A stretch of DNA of 60,178 nt, from NCBI GenBank assembly GCA_023128415.1, contig JAGMEA010000011.1, positions 1 to 60,178 on the forward strand. Reading direction: 5' to 3'. The stretch is from Candidatus Babeliales bacterium. GTDB lineage: Bacteria > Babelota > Babeliae > Babelales > UBA12411. Of the stretch, positions 41,885 to 51,696 are shown in pieces. The notes under the pieces are model-generated. The model had not been told where the DNA came from. It searched no databases and saw only the letters and a list, made by a program, of their open reading frames with translations. A program made the translations under genes and the position numbers. Every line of letters starts with the position of its first letter. The first letter of the stretch is position 1.

Positions 41885-44126
41885 TTAATAGTCGGGTGGA
41901 GCATCTAAAATTTCAGGATCTTTTCTAAAATGATGTGCAACCTTTCCAATAGAATCAAGTTTAAAAGATAAAAAATATGACTGCTCACTTTTCACGTTAC
42001 CGTCCCTTCTGTAACGTTTTTCTTCAAATCCTACCGAAGCACCCCAACAGTGTCCTTTAAGTTCAAAACGAATTCGATGCAATAAAGCATCAGAGTCTCG
42101 AAAAACTCCAAAGAATGAGTTCGATGGCGAATAAAAATTAGAATCATAACTCAATCGTATGTTTCTATAAACAGGAATTCTGAAACCTAAATTTGCAAAT
42201 GCTGGAATATCACTTAAAAGTTCTCTTGAAACTTGCAACTCAGGATTTTGATACAACATTGAAGCATAAAAATCACTCTCCATAAAAGAAAATCCTATGT
42301 CTATAGTTGAATTTAAAAGCGTTGCTGTTTTTAAATCATACTCTTGCAAGAATCCTAATCTAATATTTTCAGTATCAATATGAGATTGTAATTCAAGCGG
42401 CAAAAGATGGCTACTAAAGGGACTGCGCCTTAGAGGAAATATATCTTCTCCTACATAAAAATCTTCTGCTAACCTTCCTGTAAAATTAATCTTAGCATTC
42501 TTAAAATGCCAATCACTTCGTAACGAAAGAGAAAGCTCATTCTTAGGATATTCTCTATCCCAAATATCACTATGAATCCAATGATCTTGATTGAATTTTG
42601 GAATAAAGTTCCATTTAAAAAGTGGTTGAAAATAATGTTTATAATTTTTTCCAAAATAGGTAGCTTCAGGTAAAGCCCATTCTGCATTTGTTTTAACAAA
42701 CGCCCTAAAAACTCCCTCTCTCCCTATTTTTTTCTCAAACACATTTTTGTTAGTTAATTTTAAATCTATATCTTTCAATCTATTTCGTATTTGCAAGTTA
42801 GGTTCTATATCAAAAGAAAAAACATTATTTTTCAAATTAAATACTTTTGAAAAACTACCTTGATAATAAAATCGAACAGTATCTAATTTTTCTGTAAAAG
42901 CGTTGTCAGGGTTTGGAGTAATTTGTGTATCAAAATTTCTTTTCCTAGAAAAAATTTGATCTACAAAAAAGTCATTTTTATAATAAAGACCATCTTTCAA
43001 AAGCCAATAATTGCTATTCCACTCCAGGCGTGGCAGCCTAGTAACCTTAAAACTATCCTCTTCTCTAAAAATATTTCCTTCACTAAAGAAAAATTTATTT
43101 CTAAAAATCTTTTTTTGGTCTATAGAAAATGAAACTAGATTATTATCTCCATGAAGACGGCTAATTAAAGCATTATTAAATTTATCTTCTATAGCATCTG
43201 TTCTATAAAAAAAATCGTAACCTATTCTTTTATCTGTACCAAAATCTAAACATGTTAAATTATTTAAAATTAAATCTTTCATTTTCAAAGTATGAAAATG
43301 CTTGCCCAAGATCCAATAGCGATCCCTATTTATAACCGCTTTTTTATCTCTAGCATATTGAACATTAAATGACGAAAATTCATCCTGGCCTGTAGAATGC
43401 CGAAATTCATCATATAAAACAAACCCCTTTTTGTCTTTCCAATTAACACCCATTGTAGTGTCAAAGTTTTCAGAAATATCCCAATAATATTCTTGAATCA
43501 ATCCTGGTCCAAATTTCTTTGTATATGATAATCGTGGTATCAAAAAACCACTGTTGGATCGCTCGTCCGAAGAAGCCATAATTAAAGGTGATCTTAAAAC
43601 TGGTAGACCATACAAATATACAACATTATTTTTCATCCAAACATCTGAAATTGTAATCTTCCAGTCTGGCTTAGGCTTATCACAAGCCGTATAAGTTATA
43701 TGTTTAAAATGCCATTTATTTTCTTTAACTTTCTCTGCTTTTTTTGAAGAAAGATAACCATCTTCCAGATGGATTCTTACGTTATCAGCATGTCCAGTTT
43801 TTTGTTCAAGATTTAAAAAAATATAATCTGATAAAATTAAAATATCATTACGTTCAAAAACAACGGAAGACTTATTTAAGGCATACGCCTCTACCGTTTT
43901 CTTTTCTTTATCAATAAAAACTTTATCTGCCCAAATATGAATTGAAGTGTCAACTAAAACTTCAACATCACCCTCTAAAACAATTTGATTTTTATTAACA
44001 ATCTTTTGAATCTGGCTATTTACACGAATAACTTGTAATGAATCTAAGGCATCTAAGCCAATTTTTGGGTACAATCCCTCTAAAAAAAAAAAAGAAAAAC
44101 GCTAAAACAATGATGTTTTTTTTCAA
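41885..44126 (-). CDS. lptD: LPS-assembly protein LptD-like; signal peptide out of frame at a T12 tract
   Basis: OstA-like N-terminus, YTACD..PDW, SGFLIP, aromatic beta-barrel-like C-terminus; main ORF 44074-41885, upstream TTG at 44126 encodes MKKNIIVLAFFFFF. Confidence 0.75.
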
Positions 44127-44722
44127 AATGGTCTTCTTCCTAAAAGTGCTTTATAGATCGTTACACGATCCATAGCCTCTAAACTAGATCCTATGGGAAC
44201 ACCACTTGCCAACTTAGATACTTTAATATGCTTTTCTTTTAATTTGGATAAAATAAAGCTAGCAGTCGCCTCCCCTTCAGGCGTTGGATTAGTAGCAAAA
44301 ATTATTTCTTCTAGTTGTTCTTCATCTACACGCTTTAAAAGTGGTTTAATCCTCAAATCTTCGGGTCCAATACCCTCTAAAGGACATAAAACACCTCCCA
44401 AGACATGATATAATCCACTATATCCCCCTGCCCTTTCTAACGCAAATAAATCATGCCACGTTTCAACAACACATACAATTGATTGATCTCTATTGGGCTG
44501 TATACATACAGAACAAAAATCACCTTCTGTCCAATTAAAACATCTACTACAATGAGAAAGACTTTTTTTTGCTTCTAATAAAACATTACAAAAATTTTTT
44601 ACATAATCCTCATCTGCATCTAAAAAATGCATGGCAACCCTATAAATATTTTTAGATGCAAGATAAGGAACACCTTGAAGCTTTTTAACAAACCTATCCA
44701 AAGAAGGAAGAGCTTTTAGCAT
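44123..44722 (-). CDS. recR: Recombination mediator RecR
   Basis: C4 Zn finger, ICVVE-like, YHVLGG, ATNPTPEGEATA. Confidence 0.96.
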   Translation of the reverse strand: MLKALPSLDRFVKKLQGVPYLASKNIYRVAMHFLDADEDYVKNFCNVLLEAKKSLSHCSRCFNWTEGDFCSVCIQPNRDQSIVCVVETWHDLFALERAGGYSGLYHVLGGVLCPLEGIGPEDLRIKPLLKRVDEEQLEEIIFATNPTPEGEATASFILSKLKEKHIKVSKLASGVPIGSSLEAMDRVTIYKALLGRRPF

Positions 44723-44725
44723 ACC

Positions 44726-46282
44726 TTAGGCCTTTTTTAATGACTTGCGTAAATAAGTCTCTCCAACAGTTAATATATTTTTAATTAGCCAATATAAAAC
44801 AACCCCAGATGGCATACTAGCAAAAACTCCAGTCATAACCAATGGTAAGAAAGACATCATTATTTTGGTTCTTTCATCTCCAACAGGAGAAAGCTTTTGC
44901 TGCCAAAACATTGATATACCCATAAGTATAGGTAGTACATAAAAAGGATCTTTAGAGGATAAATCAGTTATCCACAAACCAAACGGTGCTTGATATAAAT
45001 CCATATAAGAGCCAAGAACCCGATATAAACCTATCATTATGACAACATCTATTAACAAAGGTAAACAACCAAACACAGGAGCAACCGGAGAAATTTTTTG
45101 TTCTTTGTAAAAACGCATAAGCTCTTGTTGCTGTAGCTGAACATCATGCGCAAATTTCTTTTTAATTCGGGTAACTTGGGGCTGTAGTTTTTGATTTTGC
45201 TCCATTACATTTGTGCCTTTTATTGAAAGAGGCAAAAATATAAGTTTAATTAGCACTGTAAGAATAATTATTGCCAAACCAAAATTACCAATAAATTTAT
45301 AAACAAATTCTAATAATTTTAAAAGCAATTTACATAGCCACGAAAGCCAGCCAAAATTTAATAAATCTTCAAGCCTACCATCTACCGCGGCCATATCAGC
45401 AATATCTTTTGGACCTATATAAAAAGAAAGAGTAAATGATTTTTTATCTAAAACTTCTGGTCCCTCAAAAATGGAAATATATTTACCCGTGCTATCTTTT
45501 TTAAAATAGCCTCTTATGGCAAAACCGTGATCATCCTTTACCAAAGCATGTGCAAAATATTTATCTTGCGCTCCAAAAACTTCTGGAATTAACCAAGCGT
45601 TATCCTGAACTACAGATAATGAAGCTTCAATTTTTTGACTCTGCTTATTAAATACAAAACCATTTTGTAAATCTTCAGACAATTCTGAAATAAAAGGTGC
45701 TGGTAAAAATATTCTAGGATGTATTGTCCCTCTGCCCTTAGGATTAAATTCTAAATTTAAATTTATTTTGTAGGAACCCCTAAAAATAGAATAAATCTTC
45801 TTGATAGCAAAATTACTAGTTTCTGCTTCATATATAATGTTAACTCGATCACCCAAATCTTCTTTTGAATCAAATTTATAGAAATAAGGAGTTTTTTCAT
45901 CTAGCGCCAATAGAAAACAACTCTCTTCTCTATTAAAGAAATCTTTTGGTTTGACGCTTTGCAGTGGGATCCCGCCTTTGCCTAATCTCTTCTTAAAAGC
46001 AATTCTTGAAATATTTCCACCATAATTTGTGAAATCAATTTTATAAAAATCTGTTTCAACAGACTCTATTTCTTCCTGTTTTGTAACCTTTTTATCAATA
46101 AAATCGATTTCATAATTTAGGGGACGCATTAAATCTGCTTTGCTAGGAACTTTATATGATTGTCCAGCTTGAATGGCTTCTGGAACAGCCTGTTGTTTAG
46201 CCTCTTTACGATAGGTCATGTAATTAAACACTCCCATCACAATAGTTGTCATTAACAACGCAAAAATTAGTTTTCTATCCAT
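44726..46282 (-). CDS. yidC: Membrane protein insertase YidC (start revised to 46282)
   Basis: GNFGLAIIILT, GCLPLL, WITDLSSKDPFYVLP, PSGVVLYW. Confidence 0.95.
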   Translation of the reverse strand: MDRKLIFALLMTTIVMGVFNYMTYRKEAKQQAVPEAIQAGQSYKVPSKADLMRPLNYEIDFIDKKVTKQEEIESVETDFYKIDFTNYGGNISRIAFKKRLGKGGIPLQSVKPKDFFNREESCFLLALDEKTPYFYKFDSKEDLGDRVNIIYEAETSNFAIKKIYSIFRGSYKINLNLEFNPKGRGTIHPRIFLPAPFISELSEDLQNGFVFNKQSQKIEASLSVVQDNAWLIPEVFGAQDKYFAHALVKDDHGFAIRGYFKKDSTGKYISIFEGPEVLDKKSFTLSFYIGPKDIADMAAVDGRLEDLLNFGWLSWLCKLLLKLLEFVYKFIGNFGLAIIILTVLIKLIFLPLSIKGTNVMEQNQKLQPQVTRIKKKFAHDVQLQQQELMRFYKEQKISPVAPVFGCLPLLIDVVIMIGLYRVLGSYMDLYQAPFGLWITDLSSKDPFYVLPILMGISMFWQQKLSPVGDERTKIMMSFLPLVMTGVFASMPSGVVLYWLIKNILTVGETYLRKSLKKA

Positions 46283-46375
46283 TAAAAAAATCCTTTCAAC
46301 CTCAACAAATGTATTTAATTTAGAAGAAGAGTAATAGATTAATTGTACTAAATCAGGGATTTTTGACAATCTTAG

Positions 46376-46789
46376 GTGACATCCTCACGGTAATAAATTA
46401 CCGTGCATCCTAATTCTTAAATTGGAAATCGGCTCCTGCTTCATAGAGCCGACTTGCTTTTTCTTATTAGAAGAAAAAACTTTGGTCGATCTCTCCACAG
46501 GCTTAACTTCGGGTCTGCCCTTCCCTAGGGACGCTCGTGTACGTGACACTTGTGTCTGTAACACATTTTGTCCAATTTTTAAAATATTTATTGCAGCATT
46601 TATGTCTCTGTCATGCATAGAACCTATGTGGTATCCAATATTATAAACAACAGTTCTATCGTGTACCAAAGTACTCATACACATACTATAAAAATTATGG
46701 GGATATGTTACAAGATAAACTTCGTTTAACTTATAACATATCGTCGCCTACATCACGGTTTTTAAAAACCATGGATTGCGCTCCGGATC
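46376..46789 (-). mobile_element. Non-autonomous IS200/IS605 deletion derivative (tnpA 5' fragment fused to tnpB 3' fragment)
   Basis: Left end after TTTAG with hairpin CCATGGTTTTTAAAAACCGTG; HDRTVVYNIGYHI (TnpA N-term) joined to HDRDINAAINI (TnpB RuvC-III); right-end hairpin CACGGTAATTTATTACCGTG ending GATGTCAC. Confidence 0.85.
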
Positions 46790-46878
46790 CTAAATAAAGA
46801 TGAGGCATTTGTATTTTACAAAAATTTATTTATTTTTGATCTAGCTTCTAATTAGAAATATTACAAAGAAAAAATTAT

Positions 46879-47652
46879 ATGAAAAAAAACTTATTTATAT
46901 TAATTATAATGGCCTATATACTGGTAAAAATAGGCAGTATACTTGCAAAAAATGATGCCGACCTAGTTGAAGTCTTAAGTGATCCTTACTTTGACCAAAA
47001 TGCCCCTCTCCATGCGCTTGTAAGAGGTGCTCGCATGACAGAATACTACATTTTACACAAACATTCATCAAGTGCTAACTGCTCAAAAACAGAATTTATT
47101 TTAAAATTAACTCTATATTTATTAAATAGAGGAGCAAATCTAAACCTCAGAGATGATTCAGGACAAACTCCTTTACACGCTGCAGTAAATTCAAGAAACC
47201 CAATTCCAGAGCTCGTAAAAGCTATCATAAAAAATAAGGGCAAACCCAATATTAAAGACTTTAAAGACAACACTCCTTTATACTATGCATTAAAAAAGCT
47301 TAATGAGCTTGCTAGAAGCGGGAAGTCGACAAAGGACACCTCTGATATTATAAAAAAAATCTCTGAAGTTATTACAATACTCATAGCCTCAGGAGCAAGT
47401 ATTAATGAAGCAAATATTAATGGACAAAAACCTTTAGATTTTTTAAATGACCAAACAACTAATTTCTTAAAAATATTCGATGGAAAAACAATCACACTTA
47501 AAGCACAATGTGCTAGAAAAATTTTAGTAGACAATTTAGCCAGAAACACCAAGCACAACGAGCTTCCAAGAGAGCTTTGGGAATATTTACAAGATTTCAG
47601 CCCTACCTTAATAATCCCGGACGAATCTGATAAAACATGTACTATTTTATAA
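46879..47652 (+). CDS. Secreted ankyrin-repeat protein with SOCS/BC-box-like motif and C-terminal CaaX
   Basis: Signal peptide; GANLNLRDDSGQTPLHAAV, NIKDFKDNTPLYYA, GASINEANINGQKPLD; TLKAQCARKI...LPRELWEYL; ends CTIL. Confidence 0.85.
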   Translation: MKKNLFILIIMAYILVKIGSILAKNDADLVEVLSDPYFDQNAPLHALVRGARMTEYYILHKHSSSANCSKTEFILKLTLYLLNRGANLNLRDDSGQTPLHAAVNSRNPIPELVKAIIKNKGKPNIKDFKDNTPLYYALKKLNELARSGKSTKDTSDIIKKISEVITILIASGASINEANINGQKPLDFLNDQTTNFLKIFDGKTITLKAQCARKILVDNLARNTKHNELPRELWEYLQDFSPTLIIPDESDKTCTIL

Positions 47653-47675
47653 TTTTCATTTAGAGGAGAAAAACA

Positions 47676-49175
47676 ATTAAAAAAGTGTTAATAGTCAACA
47701 GAAATGAAATAGCTCTTCGCGTTATTGCAACATGCCATTCAGAAGGAATAAAAACTGTTGTTATATATACGGAGGAAGATAAGTTTTCACAACCTGTATA
47801 TAAATCAGATGAAGCTTATCTTTTATCCAAAAATGGGCTGGAAGGCTACGTAAATCAAGAAGAAATAATATTAATAGCAAAAAAATGCGGTGCTGATGCC
47901 ATACATCCTGGCTATGGTTTTTTATCTGAAAATTCTGAATTTGCTCAAAAAGTTATTGATGCAAATATTACTTGGATTGGACCATCACCTAAAAGCATAT
48001 ATTTGATGGGTAACAAAGTTGAAGCTCGTAATGTTATGCAAAAATTAGAAGTGCCAACCATCCCGGGTGCTCATTGTTTAGACTCAAGCGAAAATTCTAA
48101 ATTAATGATTAAAGAGTCAGCTAAAATAATTGGATACCCAGTAATACTAAAAGCCGCACTGGGCGGCGGAGGAAGAGCACAAAGAAAGATTAATAATACC
48201 GAAGAGTTTGATGAAATATGGGACAAAGTTATCTCAGAATCTAAAAAACAATTTTCTTCTGACGAAATTTTTTTAGAAAAATATATAACAAATGGTAGGC
48301 ATATAGAAATACAAGTTGCTGGAGATGGAAAAGATGCTATTCACCTGTATGAAAGGGAATGTTCCATACAAAGGCGCAATCAAAAAATAATAGAAGAAGC
48401 TCCCTGCAAATTTGTAAGTAAAAAATTATTAGAAAAAATGTATTTGATTTCGACAGATGCGATTAAAAAACTTAAATATAATAATGTAGGAACTATAGAA
48501 TATATTGTAACACAAGATGAAGAATTTTATTTTTTAGAAATGAATACCAGACTTCAAGTCGAACATCCTGTGACAGAGGCAACTACAGGTGTTGATCTTG
48601 TGTGGCTTCAGCTAGAAATCGCAAAAAATAATCAACTACCATTAGTACAGTCAGATATACAACAAAGGGGTCACGCTATAGAGTGCAGAATTATTGCGGA
48701 AAACCCTTATAATAATTTTTCCCCTTCTTCTGGAAGAATGAAAACCATCCACTTGCCACACGGCCCCTATATTAGACACGAACACGCAATCGAGGTTGGC
48801 AACACAATATCGCCCCTCTTTGATTCCATGATTTCCAAGTTAATCGCATATGGACATAGCAGAAATACATCTTTAAAACACATGATTCAAGCCCTTAATA
48901 ATTTTTCTATTGTTGGCATCAAAACAAATATTTCCTTTTTAAAAAAGCTCTTATCCCTAAAAGAGTTTTCTGATGGTAGCTTTCATACTCAATGGCTAGA
49001 ATTAAATTTAAAAGAATTATCAAATAATGAAGAAGAAATACAAGAACGAGAAATAACGAATGTGGAATTAGCCATAATAAGTACCCTGCTAGTTACAGAA
49101 AAAGAAGGTAAAACTACCAAAAATTTTGACGACGGAAATAACTATCGAGGCTGGAGGAATTTAGCATGGCGATAA
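47676..49175 (+). CDS. accC: Biotin carboxylase (acyl-CoA carboxylase BC subunit); probable ATT start at 47676
   Basis: IHPGYGFLSEN, GGGGR, ERECSIQRRNQK, FLEMNTRLQVEHPVTE. Confidence 0.92.
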   Translation: MKKVLIVNRNEIALRVIATCHSEGIKTVVIYTEEDKFSQPVYKSDEAYLLSKNGLEGYVNQEEIILIAKKCGADAIHPGYGFLSENSEFAQKVIDANITWIGPSPKSIYLMGNKVEARNVMQKLEVPTIPGAHCLDSSENSKLMIKESAKIIGYPVILKAALGGGGRAQRKINNTEEFDEIWDKVISESKKQFSSDEIFLEKYITNGRHIEIQVAGDGKDAIHLYERECSIQRRNQKIIEEAPCKFVSKKLLEKMYLISTDAIKKLKYNNVGTIEYIVTQDEEFYFLEMNTRLQVEHPVTEATTGVDLVWLQLEIAKNNQLPLVQSDIQQRGHAIECRIIAENPYNNFSPSSGRMKTIHLPHGPYIRHEHAIEVGNTISPLFDSMISKLIAYGHSRNTSLKHMIQALNNFSIVGIKTNISFLKKLLSLKEFSDGSFHTQWLELNLKELSNNEEEIQEREITNVELAIISTLLVTEKEGKTTKNFDDGNNYRGWRNLAWR

Positions 49176-49747
49176 AAAATATTAAAATTCAGTCGGAACA
49201 TCAAACCAAAAACTATGAAGTTGATATAAAGAAAGAGAATCAAGATAAATTTTCTATTAAAATAAAGAACAAAATTTTTGAAGCAAAGATAATCGATTGG
49301 GATAATAAGACCAATAACCTTGTTTTTGAAATAGAAAACAAACTATATAAATCACATGTTACAACATCAGAAAATAATCCTAATAAACAAACCGTTTTAT
49401 TAAATCAGAACGGTACAAAAAGTTATGAAATAAGTCATTGTAGACAAAAAATTCAAAATTCGAAAAAACGATACGCATCCAAAAATCTATTAAAATCACC
49501 CTTAGCTGGACGTATAATAAAAACATTTATTAATCCAAATCAATATGTAAAAAAAAATCAAGAATTATTAGTAATAGAATCGATGAAAATGGAAAATGAA
49601 ATAAGATCAGAAACGGATGCATTTATTAAAACTATTTCCATAGTAGAAGGTGATTTGGTACAACAGAACCAAGTCCTAATTACATTTGAAGTTAATAAAA
49701 ATGGAGAAAGAAATAATGATGAAGAAGGACAGATTCAAAATAGGTGA
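49166..49747 (+). CDS. Biotin carboxyl carrier protein with N-terminal extension
   Basis: KSPLAGRI...IESMKMENEI (biotinyl Lys in SMKM). Confidence 0.88.
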   Translation: MAIKNIKIQSEHQTKNYEVDIKKENQDKFSIKIKNKIFEAKIIDWDNKTNNLVFEIENKLYKSHVTTSENNPNKQTVLLNQNGTKSYEISHCRQKIQNSKKRYASKNLLKSPLAGRIIKTFINPNQYVKKNQELLVIESMKMENEIRSETDAFIKTISIVEGDLVQQNQVLITFEVNKNGERNNDEEGQIQNR

Positions 49748-50201
49748 TGTTGCTAGAGAACTTAACATAAAAAAATCGTTAATTCGCCAATGGGAAAAAG
49801 AATTTCGACTAAGTTCTAAAAATCAAAATACTTATACTGTTGAAGATATGAAAGTTCTTGTTCATATCAAAGAATTAGTTAGAACAAAAGGCTTGTCCAG
49901 CACGGAAGTTAAAGCTGAATTAGAAAAATTACCCGAGCTCAAAGAGCTTATCTCAGAAAAAGAACCTCTCCAATTAACCAAAAAGAGTGAAAAATTAGAC
50001 ATGACTTTAAACACTGAATCAATAAAAGCAAGTGTGACCAGTTTAGAAAAAATTACTGTCGCCTTCAATCAAGGACAAGCCAACAAGAGAAAAACTGAAA
50101 CTGTCATACAAAAGTTTAAATCTCCAGAATTTCAAGTCATAAAAAAGCAACTTGATGAATTAAAAGAACAATTGTCAGCTTTTAAAGATCTATTAAATTA
50201 A
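49716..50201 (+). CDS. MerR-family HTH protein (start revised to about 49716)
   Basis: FKIGDVARELNIKKSLIRQWEKEF; coiled-coil C-terminus. Confidence 0.8.
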   Translation: MMKKDRFKIGDVARELNIKKSLIRQWEKEFRLSSKNQNTYTVEDMKVLVHIKELVRTKGLSSTEVKAELEKLPELKELISEKEPLQLTKKSEKLDMTLNTESIKASVTSLEKITVAFNQGQANKRKTETVIQKFKSPEFQVIKKQLDELKEQLSAFKDLLN

Positions 50202-50867
50202 TTACATTCTTTGGTGATAAACATAAGTTGGAGGAACATTCAGCCATACAATCCTCTTCTCAGCACTATGAGTGGATCTATCCTTAGAAAGATAATTTAC
50301 AACGCCCTTTATATCTTTATCTTTGATAAAAGGCAAATATTGCTTCCATGCTGAAATAGTATATTCAACATAAGAAAGACAACCTCCGGTATTCACTAAT
50401 TCTTCAAATTTTTTTCTAACTTGTTTAACAAAATCAAGCTTAAAGGCATTAAAAGGTAAAGTTGAAATAATATAATCATATTTATAAGGAGAAGAATAAT
50501 CTGTTATAGAACAGCAATGAATTTTGACATTTTTGTAGCTGTTAAATTTATCTCTTAAAATTTTACAAAGATTAGGATCAATTTCCACCACATCTAAAAC
50601 ATCGCTTGGCTTTAGCTTTTTAATTATTTTTTCAGTTATAGCTCCTGAACCACCACCAGCTTCTAAGATCTTATTAGGTTTGTTGTTTTGATCTACATAT
50701 CTAGAAAGCTCTTCACCTGTAAATCCGGAACAAGGAACAATCGTCCCCATTTGAACTGGATCTTTTATAACCGACTCCAAAAATGTATGATTTTTTAAAA
50801 CAGATAACATGGTAGAAGAAACAAATACAACTAACCCTAATATCATCCACAATTTCTTTTTTTGCAT
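50202..50867 (-). CDS. SAM-dependent methyltransferase, phospholipid N-methyltransferase (PmtA/OlsG-like)
   Basis: P..MGTIVPCS, ILEAGGGSGAIT, YDYIISTLPF, VWLNVPP. Confidence 0.75.
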   Translation of the reverse strand: MQKKKLWMILGLVVFVSSTMLSVLKNHTFLESVIKDPVQMGTIVPCSGFTGEELSRYVDQNNKPNKILEAGGGSGAITEKIIKKLKPSDVLDVVEIDPNLCKILRDKFNSYKNVKIHCCSITDYSSPYKYDYIISTLPFNAFKLDFVKQVRKKFEELVNTGGCLSYVEYTISAWKQYLPFIKDKDIKGVVNYLSKDRSTHSAEKRIVWLNVPPTYVYHQRM

Positions 50868-50946
50868 TATCCCCCTTTAATTTCAAAAAAATAATTAGCA
50901 TACTTATCTTAAGTATACAAAACTCAACAAAAATCTTAAGTAGAAT

Positions 50947-51696
50947 ATGGAAAATAATAATTTTGCAGGTCTTTTGCTAATTAACAAACCCAAAGGAATT
51001 AGCGCCTTTGGATGTATAAGAGTAAGTGAAAGATTACTTCCACGTAAAACAAAAATAGGTCATACAGGTACTTTAGATAAAGAAGCAAATGGTTTGATGA
51101 TAATTTGTATAGATCGATCTGTAACAAAACTGATAGATGAAATTTTAAACTTAGACAAAATGTACAAAGTCACAGCAAAATTAGGAGAACTAACGACAAC
51201 ATTAGATTCTGCTGGAGAGATCATTGAAACAAAATCAATATCTTCTATTACTAAAGATAGTCTAAAAAGGGCCGTAATTAACCTAGGAAAAGAATATAAA
51301 CAAACCCCACCCGTGTATTCTGCACTAAAATATAAGGGAAGATCTCTATACAAATTAGCTAGACATAAAGAAGTTTCACTAGAAGAATTAGCAAAAATAA
51401 CATCTGAAAAAGAGCGCTTAGTCAAATTATATGATATTAAAATATTGGACATTAATCTCCCCTTTTTCACATTTGAATGTCACGTTTCTAAAGGTACTTA
51501 TGTACGTTCATTAGCAAATGATATTGCACAACAACTTAAAACTTATGCAACAACATATGAGTTAACAAGAACACAGATAGGATGCTTTAAATTAGAAGAT
51601 GCAGTCGCTCTAGATGAAATTCAATTATTAGAAGACATAAAAACGAACCTAATACCATTAAACATGATCAATACGCTTCTTAAAATAAACGATTGA
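50947..51696 (+). CDS. truB: tRNA pseudouridine(55) synthase
   Basis: INKPKG, KIGHTGTLD, QTPPVYSALK, VSKGTYVRSL. Confidence 0.95.
   Translation: MENNNFAGLLLINKPKGISAFGCIRVSERLLPRKTKIGHTGTLDKEANGLMIICIDRSVTKLIDEILNLDKMYKVTAKLGELTTTLDSAGEIIETKSISSITKDSLKRAVINLGKEYKQTPPVYSALKYKGRSLYKLARHKEVSLEELAKITSEKERLVKLYDIKILDINLPFFTFECHVSKGTYVRSLANDIAQQLKTYATTYELTRTQIGCFKLEDAVALDEIQLLEDIKTNLIPLNMINTLLKIND

Noticed and set aside
46385-46684. 99-aa ORF as a functional protein
   Set aside because: Chance in-frame fusion of TnpA and TnpB fragments lacking complete catalytic domains
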